Positions 38,645-62,298 of a stretch of 64,000 nucleotides of DNA are shown in pieces. The notes beneath the pieces were generated by a model, which worked only from the letters and a program-made list of their open reading frames with translations, was not told the origin of the DNA and searched no databases. The translations under genes and the position numbers were made by a program. How positions within the stretch are numbered: position 1 is the stretch's first letter; every line of letters starts with the position of its first letter. This DNA comes from Tubulanus polymorphus (Eukaryota > Animalia > Nemertea): assembly GCF_964204645.1 (NCBI RefSeq), contig NC_134032.1:16046275-16110274 (forward strand), read 5' to 3'.

Positions 38645-39364
38645 CTGAAATCTAGCGAAATTCGTCGTATTAACATTGTTCCTAAATGCAACGTCTTTTT
38701 GAACAGCCCTGTGTCTTAGAAACCCGATTTGTTAACCATAGATGAAATACTCACAAAGAGTCCGATATTTTTCCTTGTGTAATGAACTGATTAATGGGTG
38801 ATTAGGTGTGTTCCCGGGGATATAAATTTCAGGATAAAGTTGAACAGTCGAATAAGCTACAACAGCTCAAAGAAATATTTCGGAAGTTTCTTTTTATTCG
38901 TTGTGCGCAAGGATTTTATACCGAACTAATTTCGTTTTAACTATGTTAAAAAAAAGCGGACCATGGAAAAAGATAAAAAGATTTTAATTTTCAGGAAAAA
39001 AATAGAATCATCTCAAGTTTTAAAAAAAACTATCCTCAAATTTATTTCTTGTTAAGTGTAGCACTAAGAATCTAGTGTTGGATAGAATTCAGCAATTAGT
39101 GGTTAGAGAAAGGAGAGGGGGGCAAGTGAGTTCCAATGATGTAATTGTTGTTGAACAAGTGGCACTTACGGGTCTGGTTCATTGTTTGACACGAGCCGGT
39201 CATTTTGAGTTTGTTGTTTTGAAGATTGACCGAAATTCACCTGAATTAGGAACCCGTTTTCGATTCCACTATTTCACCGTCACCACACTCGTGGCACTCG
39301 TGTTAGCCCTAATTATGCTAATTAGCGCGCGCGCTGTTCGAGCGTACGCGCGTCCACTGCCTTT

Positions 39365-39472
39365 CGACCAATCGGCGACGATTATGCCGACGTCACAAAC
39401 GACGTCGACCAATCAGCGATCGAGCACGAGCAGAGGCGAAAGTTCGGGCGGTGTCAGACGGTATAAATAAAG
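39365..39472 (+). promoter_or_regulatory. eomes core promoter: two CCAAT boxes, CRE-like GACGTCA and TATA box
   Basis: GACCAATC at ~39366 and ~39407; TATAAATAAA at 39462; ATG 150 nt downstream. Confidence 0.6.
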
Positions 39473-39611
39473 GTTGAAGGTTTACTGATGACCAACAACA
39501 CAAACTCTCCACAACAAGTGATAATCGAAATTACATACTGCAAGATAGCGCGATCGTGACGATAGACATTCTCAACGCTGGTGAAAATATAACTTGAATC
39601 GGGTGTGAAAC

Positions 39612-50105
<10,494 letters not shown>

Positions 50106-51126
50106 TCAATCGTCTGCCATACCTCCCCCGCGGAGATCATACATACTGCCATCGCTGTGTTTCTAGCCTGTTTATCATGAGCGGCCATATTGGATCACGT
50201 GCCCACGATTTCAATGAGGTTTAAGGAAAATCGTCATTAGCATATGTGTCCAAAGTCTCACGAGATTTCATTTTATATTCACGCGCGATTCAAAATGGCC
50301 GCTGATTTATGAATTTAAATGTATATTTTATTTTTGTGCATCGGGAACTTGCTCGTCCCTTTTTTGGGATTCGAACCTGATGGTGATTTAGATAAACAAG
50401 TGTTGTGAAATTATAAACTTGTCAAAACGTGATGATGTAATCATGATGATAATGAAGATAATGATATACCGGTAATAATGTTAATTTTGTGTACAGTATT
50501 TTGTTGACAGCCGATTAAATTAAGCTCTAATTAAATTATAATCTATTCTTTCTGATGTGATATAAATATTGTAAATAATTGTATATACTGACAAAAGAAA
50601 TTACTTAAACATCGAATAAACGTTGATATATTTAAGAGATACCGCTTTCCGGACTTGTTTTCTTTGTTTTCTGTACATTTAGGAGTGGCGCCACTATCGA
50701 GGAGAGTTCATTTTAAATCGGTGCCATTGACCTTGTCGAGGCTTGTCGAGGCTTAGGTTTAAAACCAGTCTTATCATTATCTTGGTTCCATTATTGATCT
50801 GATGACTTAGATATGTCCAGTCTAAGTTCAGCATAGTTCTGTTTTAGCCAGATCCATGGCTTTTTAGCCAGTCTTGAAATTCAAAACCAGTCCAGACCAA
50901 CTTAGTTCTATAACAAATCTAACAACGTAAGCCCATCTAAGTAAGCTCACTAAGAGTTTTGAAGATAAAATCCGAAAGTCGAATTGACACAGAATGTGAA
51001 CCTACACCAAAAATGAAAAAGACAAAAACTAATCTTACAAATATTCTTATATTGTTAACCATCCATGAAAATATCATAACCCAATAAACATAAACAGATG
51101 AGGCATAAATGATTCAAACTGACATA

Positions 51127-51234
<108 letters not shown>

Positions 51235-51275
51235 AAACATCAGTAGTTTTCATCATATAAAATGTAAATATAGAC

Positions 51276-51349
<74 letters not shown>

Positions 51350-51746
51350 GTCTATATTTACATTTTATAGTGTTTTCGGGTCTGCAAAGCCCCAGCCTTA
51401 TTCGAAACAGTACAAGGAATATGTTTATAAAGCGGTTATATATCGTTTTATTTTTACAGGTGTTCAAAAGCTTCCAACGACCTAGTTTTCATCGTTGTTC
51501 GTGAAAACATGACTCAACCCAATAGCAATCAAACCAAAATAATTGAGTTTGTGAAACTGTGGACCACTAATAGGAAAGACACGCCACCTTTTATCTATCA
51601 CAGACACTGCATCAACTCTGTATCAGTTCCAATATAGTAACGTGCTGGACCTGTTCAACAGTGATGTACTTTGAACCAAACCGTTTTAAGACAGTGTTTC
51701 TTAAACATGGATGCTTTTGTTACCATGCACGGATGAGTCAGTTTGA

Positions 51747-54700
51747 TCACCTTGGTACACCAGATGGCGCACCAGTCGTAGGCTCCATCGATTCTCGGCT
51801 GGTGGCCGGCGTTTGCGTTCGTGTGTTGTACGTCATCGCGCATTGCGCTGACGTCGTATCGCTTTCGTCGGGTTTTTCCCCATCTGACGGCGGCCTTGAC
51901 GACTGCGCGAACGATTGCTGCACGGAATAGGGCGGCGGCCTCGAGTAGGAGATCACGGAATCCAACACGAAACGAGTCCGGTGTCCGAACAGCGAATCAA
52001 ACAATCTAGTTCGCCAATAAGATGGCGGTGATCTAGTCGGAGTGTCCGAGCTTGCGTTGTTAGTTTGACCGTTTTGATCTGTTTGACCATAACTAAATAA
52101 AGGCAGCGGATCCGATGCCGTATACGGTGGGGGCCGCATTGTTAATTGGAAGTTGTCCGGTGCATCGTCCGCATCTTCATTGTGGTTCCAGCGGTCCGGT
52201 GGCCAACGGAATACGGCCACGGAAATCGCGGTAGCGGAAAATATGACCAGTAACCACTTAAATAGAAAATCACCATTTTAAGAACAGCAATCAAGATTAA
52301 ATGAGGTTATGGCAGTAAGGGTTACTGATAACGCCTACTGTGGCAATCGAGGATTCACTAGGGGGCGCTAGTTTATGTTGAGAATAATTTTAAATGTTGT
52401 TAATTCCTATTTTGTTTTGTCTATATGTATATAATTCTGTTCATGTTTTGTAAATTTTTATATTTCATATTTTGTATTCAATCTTGCCTCCACGTACAGT
52501 TCTTATGGTTGGAGTGAAATAGATATCTTATCTTAAAATAACGGAGAAACTGTCGGCTGCCACGAGGGGGCGGGGGAGGAGGAGAGGGAGTATTCTTACC
52601 TCGAGTAAAATAATCGAGAAACTGTCGGCTGCCACGAGGGGGCGGGGAGGAGGAGAGGGAGTATTCTTACCTCGAGTAGAATAATCGAGAAACTGTCGGC
52701 TGCCACGAGGGGGCGGGGAGGAGGAGAGGGGGTATTCTTACCTCGAGTAGAATAATCGAGAAACTGTCGGCTGCCACGAGGGGGCGGGGAGGAGGAGAGG
52801 GGGTATTCTTACCTCGAGTAGAATAATCGAGAAACTGTCGGCTGCCACGAGGGGGCGGGGAGGAGGAGAGGGAGTATTCTTACCTCGAGTAGAATAATCG
52901 AGAAACTGTCGGCTGCCACGAGGGGGCGGGGAGGAGGAGAGGGAGTATTCTTACCTCGAGTAGAATAATCGAGAAACTGTCGGCTGCCACGAGGGGGCGG
53001 GGAGGAGGAGAGGGAGTATTCTTACCTCGAGTAGAATAATCGAGAAACTGTCGGCTGCCACGAGGGGGCGGGGAGGAGGAGAGGGAGTATTCTTACCTCG
53101 AGTAGAATAATCGAGAAACTGTCGGCTGCCACGAGGGGGCGGGGAGGAGGAGAGGGAGTATTCTTACCTCGAGTAGAATAATCGAGAAACTGTCGGCTGC
53201 CACGAGGGGGCGGGGAGGAGGAGAGGGGGTATTCTTACCTCGAGTAGAATAATCGAGAAACTGTCGGCTGCCAGTTTTTCTGGTTTATCGTGATGTTTAC
53301 ACACGAAATAAATCCACCAATAGAATAACAGACACACCACTAGACTGGGCAGTAGAATTCTGTGCGAGAAAACATGTAAATGAAACCGTAGTTTCACTTT
53401 ATGACAAATAGTCAAGCGAGTTCAAATACCTGCGAGAGATAGGATGAGTCTCATAAGGGCAAGAATTTGAATCCCTAATGAGAAAGGACAACTTTAATTA
53501 ACTAAGATCGTACCCCACCACTTATTGAGTCCCTGGGCGTTTTCAGGTTCGAATAGTCAAGCGAGTTCAAATACCTGCGAGAGATAGGATGAGTCTCCCA
53601 GGGCAAGAATTTAAATCCCTGATGAGAAAGGACAATTTTAACAATCGTAGCATCACTTATTGTGTCAGAGTCCCTGGGTGTTTTCAGGTTCGACTCCATT
53701 CCGACCGAGGGAGGTTGTCTCCTCTAGGGAAAGGTGAAAGGTTTTTGGGTTTTTGAATCCCTGCTGAAGGACAATGTGTGCGGGTAGGGTGTATGTAATT
53801 GAATCATTACTTTGACTTTACGAAATAGAGATTACTTTGGATGTGTGATATTTGGGGGGGGGGGGTACTATAGTATCATGCCTTTACTTACGAGACGACA
53901 AAGCACCAAGCAACCGATACTGTCCAATCAGCGGGCGCCTCCGGTTTATAAGCGATCGAATTACGGAATTTCTTCCAACCGATCGTCAAAACTGTCGTCT
54001 GCAAAAACAACGCCGATACCAATACCACGTGACTCCAGACAAACACCTACAAAAACAGAATTGAGTTAATTGGTTTCTTCAACGAACTTTTAAAATTTGA
54101 AATATTAACGGTTGCGATTGTTACCTGATTGTTGCGTACGATTTCGCTCAGACTTGTCGCGCAGCCGAGTATGAAAACCAAGGTCACGGTCACCAGTGCT
54201 GCCACCAAGCGAGGAACTAGAAAGAACAAAAGTCTGTTTTTACACGTAACTAAAGAAGTAATAAGTAGGGATGCCCTCGCAGTTCACTGAAGGGATTCCC
54301 TCAGTCCCCTGCGGAGAGATCCCCCTGCAGGGATGCCCTAGCTCGATTCTCACCTCCAACATCTTGCAGACTACGAACCACAGTTTCAGTCAAGGTTATC
54401 TGCGATATCAAGCCCAACAAGCTGATACAGCAATAAAATGAGAATGCGAGCATCTTACTGCGCAGGTCACCATCAAATATCTCGCTGAACAGGAACGGTA
54501 ACCTGAATAATGTGGATATGCGAAAAGTATTTCAGTTGTGTCACTTTTAGGAACCCGTAACAGACCAAAACATGACCTCAGAAGACCCCCCCCCCAAGTT
54601 ACCCAATCCCGCGGTTAACTCTTGACTTCGCTTGACTCTCGGATATTATGAGTTTATTTTCAATAAATCTATTCCACAATGGAACGGCGGCCATATTGGT

Positions 54701-57700
54701 TCACGCGCTATTTCAAATCTCACGTGATCCAAAATGGCCGCCGTTTCAAATGCGGAAGGAGTGATGTTTTAGTTGATAGATATTTTGTCCATGAGGTGCT
54801 TGATTAAACGTTTAACTGCGAGTTTCTGTTATTATGTTAGTATATATTATATGTTACAACACACACCAGTTGAATGTTAGTCCGGTATTTCCGTCACCTT
54901 CCATGGCCAGGATTGCCGCTCTATCGCTCAGACTCGAGGTCGGTGTGGCGGCAAACACGACCGCGAAGAGAATAACAGCCCCGAGCAATCTACAGAAAAA
55001 TAAACATCAATTTCGAAGGATCCAGCTCCGAATCTGGTTCCACAGTTCCGGATACGGTTCCACAATTCCGAATCTGGTTCCACAGTTCCGAATCTGGTTC
55101 CATAGATCCGGATCTGGTTCCAAAGTTATTGAATATGTGATTCTTGTAAGATGCGAGTTAAAAGAAATTGGGAAGATCAGAGTAAAACTTCTTTGATTTG
55201 GAAACTGGCCACGTTATCCTACTTATGCAAAGAGAGCGGTCAAAATTTTGCATATTGAAAACCCGCGCTTGGTAAAGATGTGCAGCCTTTCAACCATGCG
55301 TGGAAGTGGCTGCATCCATAACGTTCTGCATCACTCTACGTCAATCTATTGAATGTTCATAAAAAGTTTGATCGATTATTATTTATTACAATAATTAGTT
55401 ACCGACAAGCTGCTGAGATGAATGGTAACGCCCAGGCCATTTTAACTACCGACTGTGACTTCTTACAGTAACCCGCGTGCGCAAGTAAGATTCCGGAAGC
55501 CAGTCCGACGTCCATTGCGCTATACAACGCGACATCCGCCCAGGTCTTGATGTCGAAGAAACTGCCTGTTTACAGAATGAAATAAATGGTTAACAACAGG
55601 TCCATGAAAAACTTTAAACAATGAAGACATACTTCATACTTCAAGAAAATACTACTAAAAATCTATTTGGGAAACTAGGTTTGATTTTCTTCGTGGCAAA
55701 TCTGATGCAAAGAGTCGAGTAGTTACGGAAGCCCTTGAGTGACATACGAGATAATCTTTTCACAATTTCGACATAATCAAGTCGAAATTCGATATATTAA
55801 GTCGAAATTGTGAAAGAAATGATCTCGTATGTCACCTAGGGGCTTCCGTAAGTAGTACTATATCTCTTTCCATGCGACTTTCCTGGAAACCAGATCCTGA
55901 GATTTTGCGAACTTTATTTCGAAAAAAAAATTTTTTATATAGCTTTGATTGGTTTATTAGACGCACGAGCTTTCGCTACTAATATCTGGTAGCTTCATCA
56001 TCCTGTTCATTCAACTGATCTTGAAGATACTCTACATTAGTAGCGATAGCTCGCACGTAGAGTCACACCTATAAAGTAATACTCGTCACACTGTATTTAT
56101 GCTACGATCCCTCTACGAATCACCATAAGCTTTAAACGGTTAAGTTTGAATTGTTTTGTCCTCATTGAAAACATGAAGTAACCGATAAAAGCAAAAATTT
56201 GAGTTAAACATTTTCGTGAAATTTGACCCTGGTTCGTGAATAGCTTAGATTAAGCAATGGAAGAAGAAAATGAATTGATTTAACAGAGATTCCATACTCG
56301 AATCAAACCGGAACAGGAAGTTCATGGCGTCGGCGATTTGCGAATCAGTCCAGACTGCAGTAAGCGAGCAATACATTGGTATCCAAACGAACAGAACACA
56401 AGCGACTGGTATCAATACCTTACCGGCTTCAAACGTGATTGATACAATCACACCTGACATTGACGCGACCAACGCATGCGTAATTACCGGAATCGACGAC
56501 TGAAATATTAACCGTTACATTATTTATGTTAATCATTGTTAATTTATGCACGTACGCACTATATTTGTGTAGAAACGACAAATTTGAAAATATAATAATA
56601 ATTATCATGAATATTATAGAATGTTGTTATGTAACATTAGGCCTAATGTTAAATCATGCACGTACCTAATTGCATAAAATTAGTTGTGTCATATGCATAG
56701 AGAAAATTATGTTAATTTATGCAAAAATATGTTATGTCACATGCATAGAAAATAACGTTTGTTTTTGCACGAACTTTATTCGAAAAAAAAAGTGTTATAT
56801 CATATAATGATCATATAATTAATCATATAATATATGCATAGGAAATTATGTTAATTTATGCACGTATATATTCGCATATAATTCTACATGTCACATGAAA
56901 TTTCTTAAAGGTGATTAAAAAAATTCTAAATATCAACTATGTAAATTCCTGAATCGACCACGTGACGCGTTCGCATAAGATGTACCTCTGAGGTGATTCT
57001 GTAGAACTCGTGTTTAGAAGCGTCGAGGGTTCCGGGTAGCGCTTTTTGGACGGATCTGAACGTAAAATACACAGACCAACCGCATAATACACTCGTGTAT
57101 GATCTAGTACGTTAGAAAATAAAAACAATTCTTATTCTATGAATTGAGAAATAATTTTAATTTTTTTTATTCTTAAGGGCCAGGTTTTATAGACTGGTAT
57201 TACCGGGGGCTAACTTAATTCATTTTCAATTGAGTTAGCCCCGGGTTAAAGGTAATACCAGTCTATAAAACCAGTCCTAGGTGTTTTGCGGGTCCTGTTT
57301 TGATAGAAATTGATTTTGATTTAACTTTTCACTGAAGTCCAAAAGTGATCTTTATTGACCTTAAGAGTAGCAATGCAACTGAATGAGCTTATAGACTCTA
57401 GTCTTATAAGTTCAATTGCCTAGTGGTCTGAAATCTAGACCGGTCTCAAGCTGTTAGATCGACCGTAGAACTGGTTTATGAATCTTAGGCCACGACTATG
57501 CGATTCGCCATGAACCGATGGAGTCCCGGGTTTAAGCCCGACTTACGCGATCAGTAAGATGACAATCGTTGCGAAGACTGCGCAAATAGTATGCACCCGG
57601 CCGGCTACCGTACGGAACGTGGACACCAAACCGGCTCCCGTATGCCGACCCAAAACTAACATCAATGACGTCATCGGCACGGACCATATTCCGATCGAGA

Positions 57701-58295
57701 TTATCCAGATTATCAAAGGCGCCAGGCAACCTACAGGTTAATTACAACGATATATCATTAATTAACCAACATCTGGGTGATTTTAAATAGAATTTGAAGA
57801 AATTGTAAAATTTTCAGAACATTTCAAACTATTTGTCCAATGTACTTTCAATTGTGCTCTCCCAGAAGATGGAATATTTGTCTCAGATACTGTTCACACC
57901 CCAGAGCCCGGTTCTGCGAGTCATCGGTTCATTATCGGGTTCAGATTTCGCATCTGCACCACCCAGAGACGAAAGAAAGTCAAAGTAGATCGGTTGGACC
58001 TATTCCGGACGGACACGGTCGACTGACTGGTTGGCTACCCACTAAACCCCCCCCCCCCCCAAAAAAAGGATAGTAAATTCTTACCCTGATTTTTACTGTT
58101 TCGAGCCAGTATCATCGGTAGGCGCCAAATCATCCATGATTCGGTGATCGTGCATGCTATAAAACTGAACATAGTCGAACACGTGGACGAGTAAACCTGT
58201 CTGTTGTCGTCTGCGTCATCATCGGCTGCCTGGTGGCCCGCATCATCAGCAGCTGCTGCCACCTGGTGGTCACCTGCTTCCAGGGTCGAGGGGTT
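51747..58295 (-). CDS. Divergent sodium:neurotransmitter symporter (SLC6/NSS, LeuT fold) family protein, at least 675 aa; 5' end unresolved
   Basis: Exons 58295-58085, 57730-57547, 57103-56986, 56499-56298, 55565-55403, 54989-54867, 54502-54354, 54216-54125, 54046-53892, 53359-53239, 52256-51747 (2028 nt, GT-AG, every phase consistent, no internal stop). NSS landmarks in order: IWRLP..ARNS..QGCL, WSVP....LGR.TG, SYTSVLCGWSVYF...LP, TWAD.A....DVG, GNTGLTFNWLP, E.VV..LQD.G, NQ.FVW, DW....W; about 12 hydrophobic segments. Possible further exon ending at 59230. Confidence 0.85.
52545..53275. repeat. 71-bp minisatellite containing an exon end and splice donor of the SLC6-like gene
   Basis: Donor copies (minus CTCGAG|GTAAGAA) at 53239, 53168, 53097, 53026, 52955, 52884, 52813, 52742, 52671, 52600. 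Confidence 0.95.
54684..54746. mobile_element. Short palindromic element (GCGGCCATATTGG ... CAAAATGGCCGC family)
   Basis: AACGGCGGCCATATTGG / CCAAAATGGCCGCCGTT; longer relative at 50181-50302 in the eomes 3' UTR. Confidence 0.5.
55726..55848. mobile_element. Palindromic MITE flanked by TA
   Basis: TA-CGGAAGCCCTTGAGTGACATACGAGAT ... ATCTCGTATGTCACCTAGGGGCTTCCG-TA. Confidence 0.7.
57177..57277. mobile_element. MITE family C
   Basis: GGGCCAGGTTTTATAGACTGGTATTACC ... GGTAATACCAGTCTATAAAACCAGTCC; relatives at ~13270-13378, ~11061-11222 and 47276. Confidence 0.7.
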
Positions 58296-58490
58296 CTTTA
58301 TAAATGTATAATGGACACTTTAGTTGATCATTATACGTTGATATGATGATTTTATGGTTAATTGAATCGCGTGTAGTTGAGACACTTTACCTGCGCATGT
58401 GATGAACACGTTGGACTGTTATTATCTGCTGTCATTCCGGCTCTTGGCCTAGAAATATTTGAAAATGAAATATTTTTCCACATCAGAGAA

Positions 58491-59175
58491 ACCAGTTCCA
58501 CAGTTCCACAGTACTGGACCCAGTTCCACAGTGTACTGGATCCAGTTCCACAGTTCTGGATCCAGTTCCACAGTACAGGACCCAGTTCCACAGTTCTGGA
58601 CCCAGTTCCACAGTTCTGGACCCAGTTCCACAGTTCTGGACCCAGTTCCACAGTTCTGGACCCAGTTCCACAGTTCTGGACCCAGTTCCACAGTTCTGGA
58701 CCCAGTTCCACAGTTCTGGACTCAGTTCCACAGTTCTGGACCCAGTTCCACAGTTCTGGACCCAGTTCCACAGTTCTGGACTCAGTTCCACAGTTGTGGA
58801 GCCAGTTCCACAGTTCTGGACCCAGTTCCACAGTTCTGGACCCAGTTCCACAGTTCTGGACCCAGTTCCACAGTTCTGGACCCAGTTCCACAGTTCTGGA
58901 CCCAGTTCCACAGTTCTGGACTCAGTTCCACAGTTGTGGAGCCAGTTCCACAGTTCTGGACCCAGTTCCACAGTTCTGGACCCAGTTCCACAGTTCTGGA
59001 CCCAGTTCCACAGTTCTGGACCCAGTTCCACAGTTCTGGACCCAGTTCCACAGTTCTGAACCCAGTTCCACAGTTCTGGACCCAGTTCCACAGTTCTGGA
59101 CCCAGTTCCACAGTTCTGAACCCAGTTCCACAGTTCTGGACCCAGTTCCACAGTTCTGGACCCAGTTCCACAGTT
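58491..59175. repeat. 20-bp satellite CCCAGTTCCACAGTTCTGGA, ~34 copies
   Basis: Direct inspection; source of spurious DPVPQFWTQF / VELGPELWNW ORFs. Confidence 0.96.
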
Positions 59176-59803
59176 ACTGGGCACAGTTGTGGATCTAGTT
59201 GGAGTGATGATTCTCAAGTATCAACCTACCTCGAAAATCTTGATAGATATATCATCAAAATCGCCCTCTGTCGAGTTACTTAGGAATAATCCATCGAGAA
59301 CACGCGTATTCCCATACGGTGAGATCTTTCTTTCAAGGAATTTCAAATTTCAGTTACATATTCGCAATTTTACAAACAATTCCCTCGACAGATTCAAACA
59401 CAAAATAAACATAAACTGTTTGAATGCAGGTAGAGATATGTGTTTATACGGTACATAGGGTCTCGCCTATGACTGTCTGTGTGTCACGTTGCGCTTCCAT
59501 AAATTGCGGATTGAATTTTAAAATATCTCTAAATTATTCATGAATCTTAACTGTGGATATATATATATATAGTGAGAGAGACAGATGGTGCTCACGCAGG
59601 TCTGATAACTGGAGGCCTAGTTGACTAACCAGACCCAGATTCTGCAGGTCTTTCGGGTTCTATTTGGATCAATAAGGCCGCAACAGAATCTATAACGAAA
59701 TTCGTCCTTGAAAAATAGTACATCACAACACGATCGATTGTGATTTTGTCGTGGCTCTACCGAACTCTACCGAACTCTACCGAACTCTACCGAACTCTAC
59801 CTG

Positions 59804-59937
59804 GGGCCAGTTGCACAGTCGTGACTTCCAAAAGTGGTCTTAAATCTTAAGACTGGTCTTAAGTTGTTAGATTGGCTATAGAACTAAGTTGGTATTAGAA
59901 TGGTCTTAAGTCTAAGCCATGACTATGCAACCAGCCC
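59804..59937. mobile_element. MITE family A copy inserted into a GAACTCTACC tandem repeat
   Basis: CTG flanks on both sides; GAACTCTACC units before (59755-59800) and after (59940). Confidence 0.85.
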
Positions 59938-61043
59938 CTGAACTCTACCGAAAGACAACGATTTAACGAAAATTAGATCATTTTGAAGTAAGGCATTTGA
60001 TCCAGGAACCAGATTATGTAACCGCATTTGGTTTAATAGCCGCCATTCCTGACTGCTTAACGCTGATTACTGGAATCAGGATTAATTAAACCACACTCTA
60101 TATCACCCTGGAATGATAATGAGACAATTAGATGAATCCGGGGTCTAATTCTAACTGTAGCTTTACAGCAAATGGGCGTTTTTTTCCGGCCATGCGAATA
60201 TGAGGTATTATAAAAACATCAGGTCATCTCTTGTTCCACGGTCCAAATTCAACGCCAATGAGCCTTATTGTTTAAAAACATACCGTACACCAGTCATCAC
60301 ACCTAGACTGGTCACCTGTCCCAGGTTCGCGATGAGCAAGGGTTAACGGTTTTAGGGCAGCTAGGGTTAGGTTAACTGACCTGCCTGACGAGCTAGCCTT
60401 ATGGTGACACTTTATCGTTATTTTCGTCGCAAAGTTTGCCAGTTTGCCGGTAATTCATTTTTGGAATAAAGCTTTGAATTAACTGGAAATGTTCTGGGAG
60501 TTCAAAGACTTGAGTTTATGGCCGAGAATAGTTGGAAATGAGCTTATTATAAACTGCGGTGCTTAACTCATGACCGCGGAACAGGAATTAATCTCAACAC
60601 TTAATCTCGGTTAGAATTCACACCTAATCGTATTAACAGCATTATCATTTATTTGCGATGATTTTCCCCCAATATTCATACCATAATAATTGACTGGACT
60701 TAAGTTGTCAGGTTGGTTTTAGAACCAAACGTCGACTGGTCGTAAGTTGTTGGATTGGGTTAACTAAAGATGGACCTAGACTTAGGTTGCTAAATTGGCG
60801 ATTTAACTATAAAGAGCTAAGACTGACCCTAAACGAAATTCTACGGAATTCCGTCCCTGCTTTCCATGGTAACTTTACTAATCTTGTATGTCTTTTGATC
60901 CTTTTACACAAGCAGCAATTCACACATTCTATTTATACGGAATTCCGCGAATCAGCACAGGATTTCTGTTTGAACTTACTATAAGAATAAGGTGGTCAAC
61001 AGACCGTTGGTAACCTTGAAATATTTGAATTGGTCGCACGGGG

Positions 61044-61160
61044 GTATATAAACAAAAAGGCGTTAGCTTGGCGGCGTTAACAGTTCCGAGTCGTGACCAG
61101 TCACACACTCACACACGGAGGGAACAAGACAACATTTACACCCAGAACTAAAAGACGAAG
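61044..61160 (+). promoter_or_regulatory. Putative TATA box and non-coding first exon of the BCCT gene
   Basis: GTATATAAAC at ~61045; donor GAAG|GTAAAC at 61161; acceptor TTTTTCAG at 62279 before ATG 62299. Confidence 0.5.
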
Positions 61161-62298
61161 GTAAACTGTCAATTTATACACAGTTTAGTTTAGTTATCGA
61201 TATAGAAATATTGATAATTTCCAGAATTGTCAATATTTTCTTTTTACGTATTTCATCTGTTTTTCCACTTGAAGAAGAGTTATTTCAGAATAAGGAATAT
61301 TTTTTATACTAGAACCAGTTAATAACGTATCGTTAAACAATTTTCTGATGTTAATTATTGTCAGATTTTTAAATCGCTTAATTAGACTGTACTCATCACT
61401 TGAACAGTCGAACTGGCTTAGTAAATTGAATGTAAATTTAATTTGATTAAGGACTGAAAAAAAGTGTCCATTGTTTTCACCAGAAATTTAAACACACATT
61501 CTTGTTTAAGCGGATGCATAGGGACATTTCAAACTAAACCGTTTTAAATTTAACCGATCACATGGAACAGAGTGTGGTTGAAAACATGATCAAATTTGGC
61601 ACGTTTTTAAGTAACCACGCCGCTTCAACAATGAGTTAGTTATACAGTAATCTTCGGTGAACGAATTCTTGGAAATCTAATGCGATAACATTTAGAACAG
61701 GGTATAATTAATTAGTAAAATTGCTTCGGTATTTTTCTATTATGTTATAGCTTTAGATTGCCTAACTCTTAAAGTACCTACGCGTTAGGTGCGGTCGGTC
61801 GCCTGTTAGATTAACTAAACAACATAAACTAAAGTTGCCCTAGGCCGTGAAATATTCACGTCCAAATGAACCTTTGAGAATTATAATTTGTGAACAATAA
61901 ACTTCCATTTATAATAAGACTATGGATCGACAGGTGTGTCGACATTCCAAGCCATCGGGTGATTTTCAGAAAACTAATCCGGACATACTCGATTGTGTTG
62001 AACTTCTGTCAAAGAAGAGGTCACCGCATTTCAATGAGAACTCATAATAGATTCCCATGCGCGACTTATCTTATAAACTCGATTCGTGAAGATTTTATTT
62101 CTATGAATTTTATGGTACTTATTTCTGCGAATTTTACGGTATTTTTTTTAAAGAATTTTAGGGGAATTCATTTCCGTGAAAATTAAAGCTTTTTACATTC
62201 TTGAATTGTTGATATTTATTTATATCCATTTCTGGGAATGTTTTGGGGATTTTATTCGTGAATTTTATTCATTTTTCAGACACAGATCGCTAAGAGAG

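Noticed and set aside
53407-53695. CTGATGAGAAAG in a ~145-bp direct duplication as a hammerhead; also CTGAAGA at ~12190 (-) and ~63460 (+)
   Set aside because: No stem II followed by GAAA and no closing stem I.
58358-59283. 244-274-aa ORFs on both strands
   Set aside because: 20-bp satellite artefact.
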